From the IMG/VR virus record IMGVR_UViG_3300020045_002265, positions 1 through 55,232 of that record: a stretch of 55,232 bases of DNA; one strand, 5' to 3'. Each line of letters opens with the position of its first letter. Position 1 is the stretch's first letter. Shown piece by piece: positions 54,129 to 55,232 of the stretch. Made by a program: the position numbers and the translations under genes. A model generated the notes under the pieces. The model was not told where the DNA came from and did no database searches. It saw nothing but the letters and a program-made list of their open reading frames with translations. This DNA comes from a virus (taxonomy: Duplodnaviria; Caudoviricetes).

Positions 54129-54327
54129 CCTTAGTACGATTAATATTAGCCCTTATCTTATCCATATTTTCTATGGAATATTTAGCTTCATTCCGTGATA
54201 CAATCAAAGGTAGTCGTGTAGAGTAGTGCCCAAAAGAAAGTATACGAACAATACCATCAACAACCTCAGCTAATCCTAATAATATAATCCAACGCCTGCC
54301 GCAAGGGTTTTTATTTCTAAAAATCAT
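54106..54327 (-). CDS. hypothetical protein
   Basis: GAGG RBS; ATGA coupling. Confidence 0.6.
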   Translation of the reverse strand: MIFRNKNPCGRRWIILLGLAEVVDGIVRILSFGHYSTRLPLIVSRNEAKYSIENMDKIRANINRTKGGNQSER

Positions 54328-54530
54328 TTGTACCTCACCAAGTGTAATTGCTTATTCTTAATGCTAAATGGATTAACTACATTCCAATATTTCCAATCTT
54401 CAGCACTAAATGATCCCATATACATTGGAAGCATTCTGTAGACATAGAATATACCACTAATACTTGTATATTGGTAGCCTGATTGTTCTAATATTTGTTC
54501 ATAGTTGTCGATTAGCGGTTTATTCTTCAT
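54324..54530 (-). CDS. hypothetical protein
   Basis: ATGA coupling. Confidence 0.55.
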   Translation of the reverse strand: MKNKPLIDNYEQILEQSGYQYTSISGIFYVYRMLPMYMGSFSAEDWKYWNVVNPFSIKNKQLHLVRYK

Positions 54531-54802
54531 ACTACGTTTACCCTTGATAGCCTGTATACGATCTTGTACAAACTTCCTTGGTTGTACTGTGGGTAGTGGT
54601 TTTTGTGTATGTCCGACACCCTCATAAATAATACATCATATTTGTATCTAATATCCCTAACCTCTTCGTCAGATATCTTAACTTTGATACCCTTCTTGAC
54701 ATAGGTAGATTTATATTTCTTTTTACCGACAATAACATCACCTAAAGAGGAGTTTATGCATGTGAATGATTTACCGTAGTTGCCTGTTCCTATTCTTACC
54801 AT
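54527..54802 (-). CDS. hypothetical basic, HTH-like protein
   Basis: AGGAG RBS; KISDEEVRDIR segment resembles endonuclease-associated HTH domains. Confidence 0.55.
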   Translation of the reverse strand: MVRIGTGNYGKSFTCINSSLGDVIVGKKKYKSTYVKKGIKVKISDEEVRDIRYKYDVLFMRVSDIHKNHYPQYNQGSLYKIVYRLSRVNVV

Positions 54803-54871
54803 TAGATTTCTCCTAACCGCATATGTTATATAATATAGTTATATTAATAGCTATTGTTCTAGTTGGATTAT

Positions 54872-54948
54872 TTTGGTTGTAGTGATCCCATGTACCCCCA
54901 TAGATAGATTACTCTATCCCTAAGAAGATACACATCACTACAACCAAA
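54872..54948 (-). repeat. long inverted repeat/hairpin
   Basis: 15-bp perfect arms TTTGGTTGTAGTGAT/ATCACTACAACCAAA, extended by G.U-rich pairing on the - strand. Confidence 0.8.
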
Positions 54949-55200
54949 TCAATAAGTTCATTCTCCTGAGCCGTCTTGATTCCGCCAGATAATCTGGTTA
55001 CACTATCCTGTAGTGCAAGTTGGTACAACATACCCTATAATCGTTGTACTTAGCTATTTACGTTTTATAGAACGTCATGCACACTGTTATAGCTACAATG
55101 ATCCACAGTTTGAGGTGTGTGCGTCTTTATCCTCTTTAAGTGTAAGTAAAGCGGTTTACCCAGAAACCTTACACCGAGCTGTAATATCAGCAAGACACCT

Positions 55201-55229
55201 AGATTACCATGACAACCCTTATTTGTCAA
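55201..55229 (-). promoter_or_regulatory. sigma70-type promoter
   Basis: TTGACA-17 nt-TAATCT with extended -10 TG. Confidence 0.7.
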
Positions 55230-55232
55230 CTT

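Overview
A 55 kb segment of a lytic, contractile-tailed (myovirus-type) dsDNA phage of a Gram-negative host; the layout resembles PAK_P1/Felix-O1-style myoviruses (inference). The + strand (about 0.8-16.9 kb) carries DNA and nucleotide metabolism genes: an SSB-like protein, 5'-3' exonuclease, ATP-dependent ligase, MazG-like pyrophosphatase, dNMP kinase, thyX and nrdB/nrdA. It also has a cluster of small membrane proteins with an SPFH protein. The - strand (about 16.9-47.8 kb) carries lysis, tail, baseplate, head and packaging genes. terL is split by an ORF-less group I intron, and about seven free-standing homing endonuclease genes are scattered through the window. A 17-tRNA cluster lies at 48.4-51.2 kb. 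The most notable feature is a Ro60/TROVE-like (DUF2828-type) vWA protein gene (51665-53086). It is preceded by a promoter and a tandem array of six predicted non-coding RNAs. All six share a covarying terminal stem, a CAGC(A/G)A motif exactly 10 nt from the stem start, and a 3' GUU, but each carries a different internal cargo. Two cargos are circularly permuted tRNA-like (YrlA-type) domains and one is a tRNA-Lys(UUU) anticodon stem-loop. Two further members sit inside the tRNA cluster, one of them a permuted, CCA-ended form. The first ~690 nt look like foreign or chimeric sequence. All product calls come from motif recognition and gene order, not database searches.
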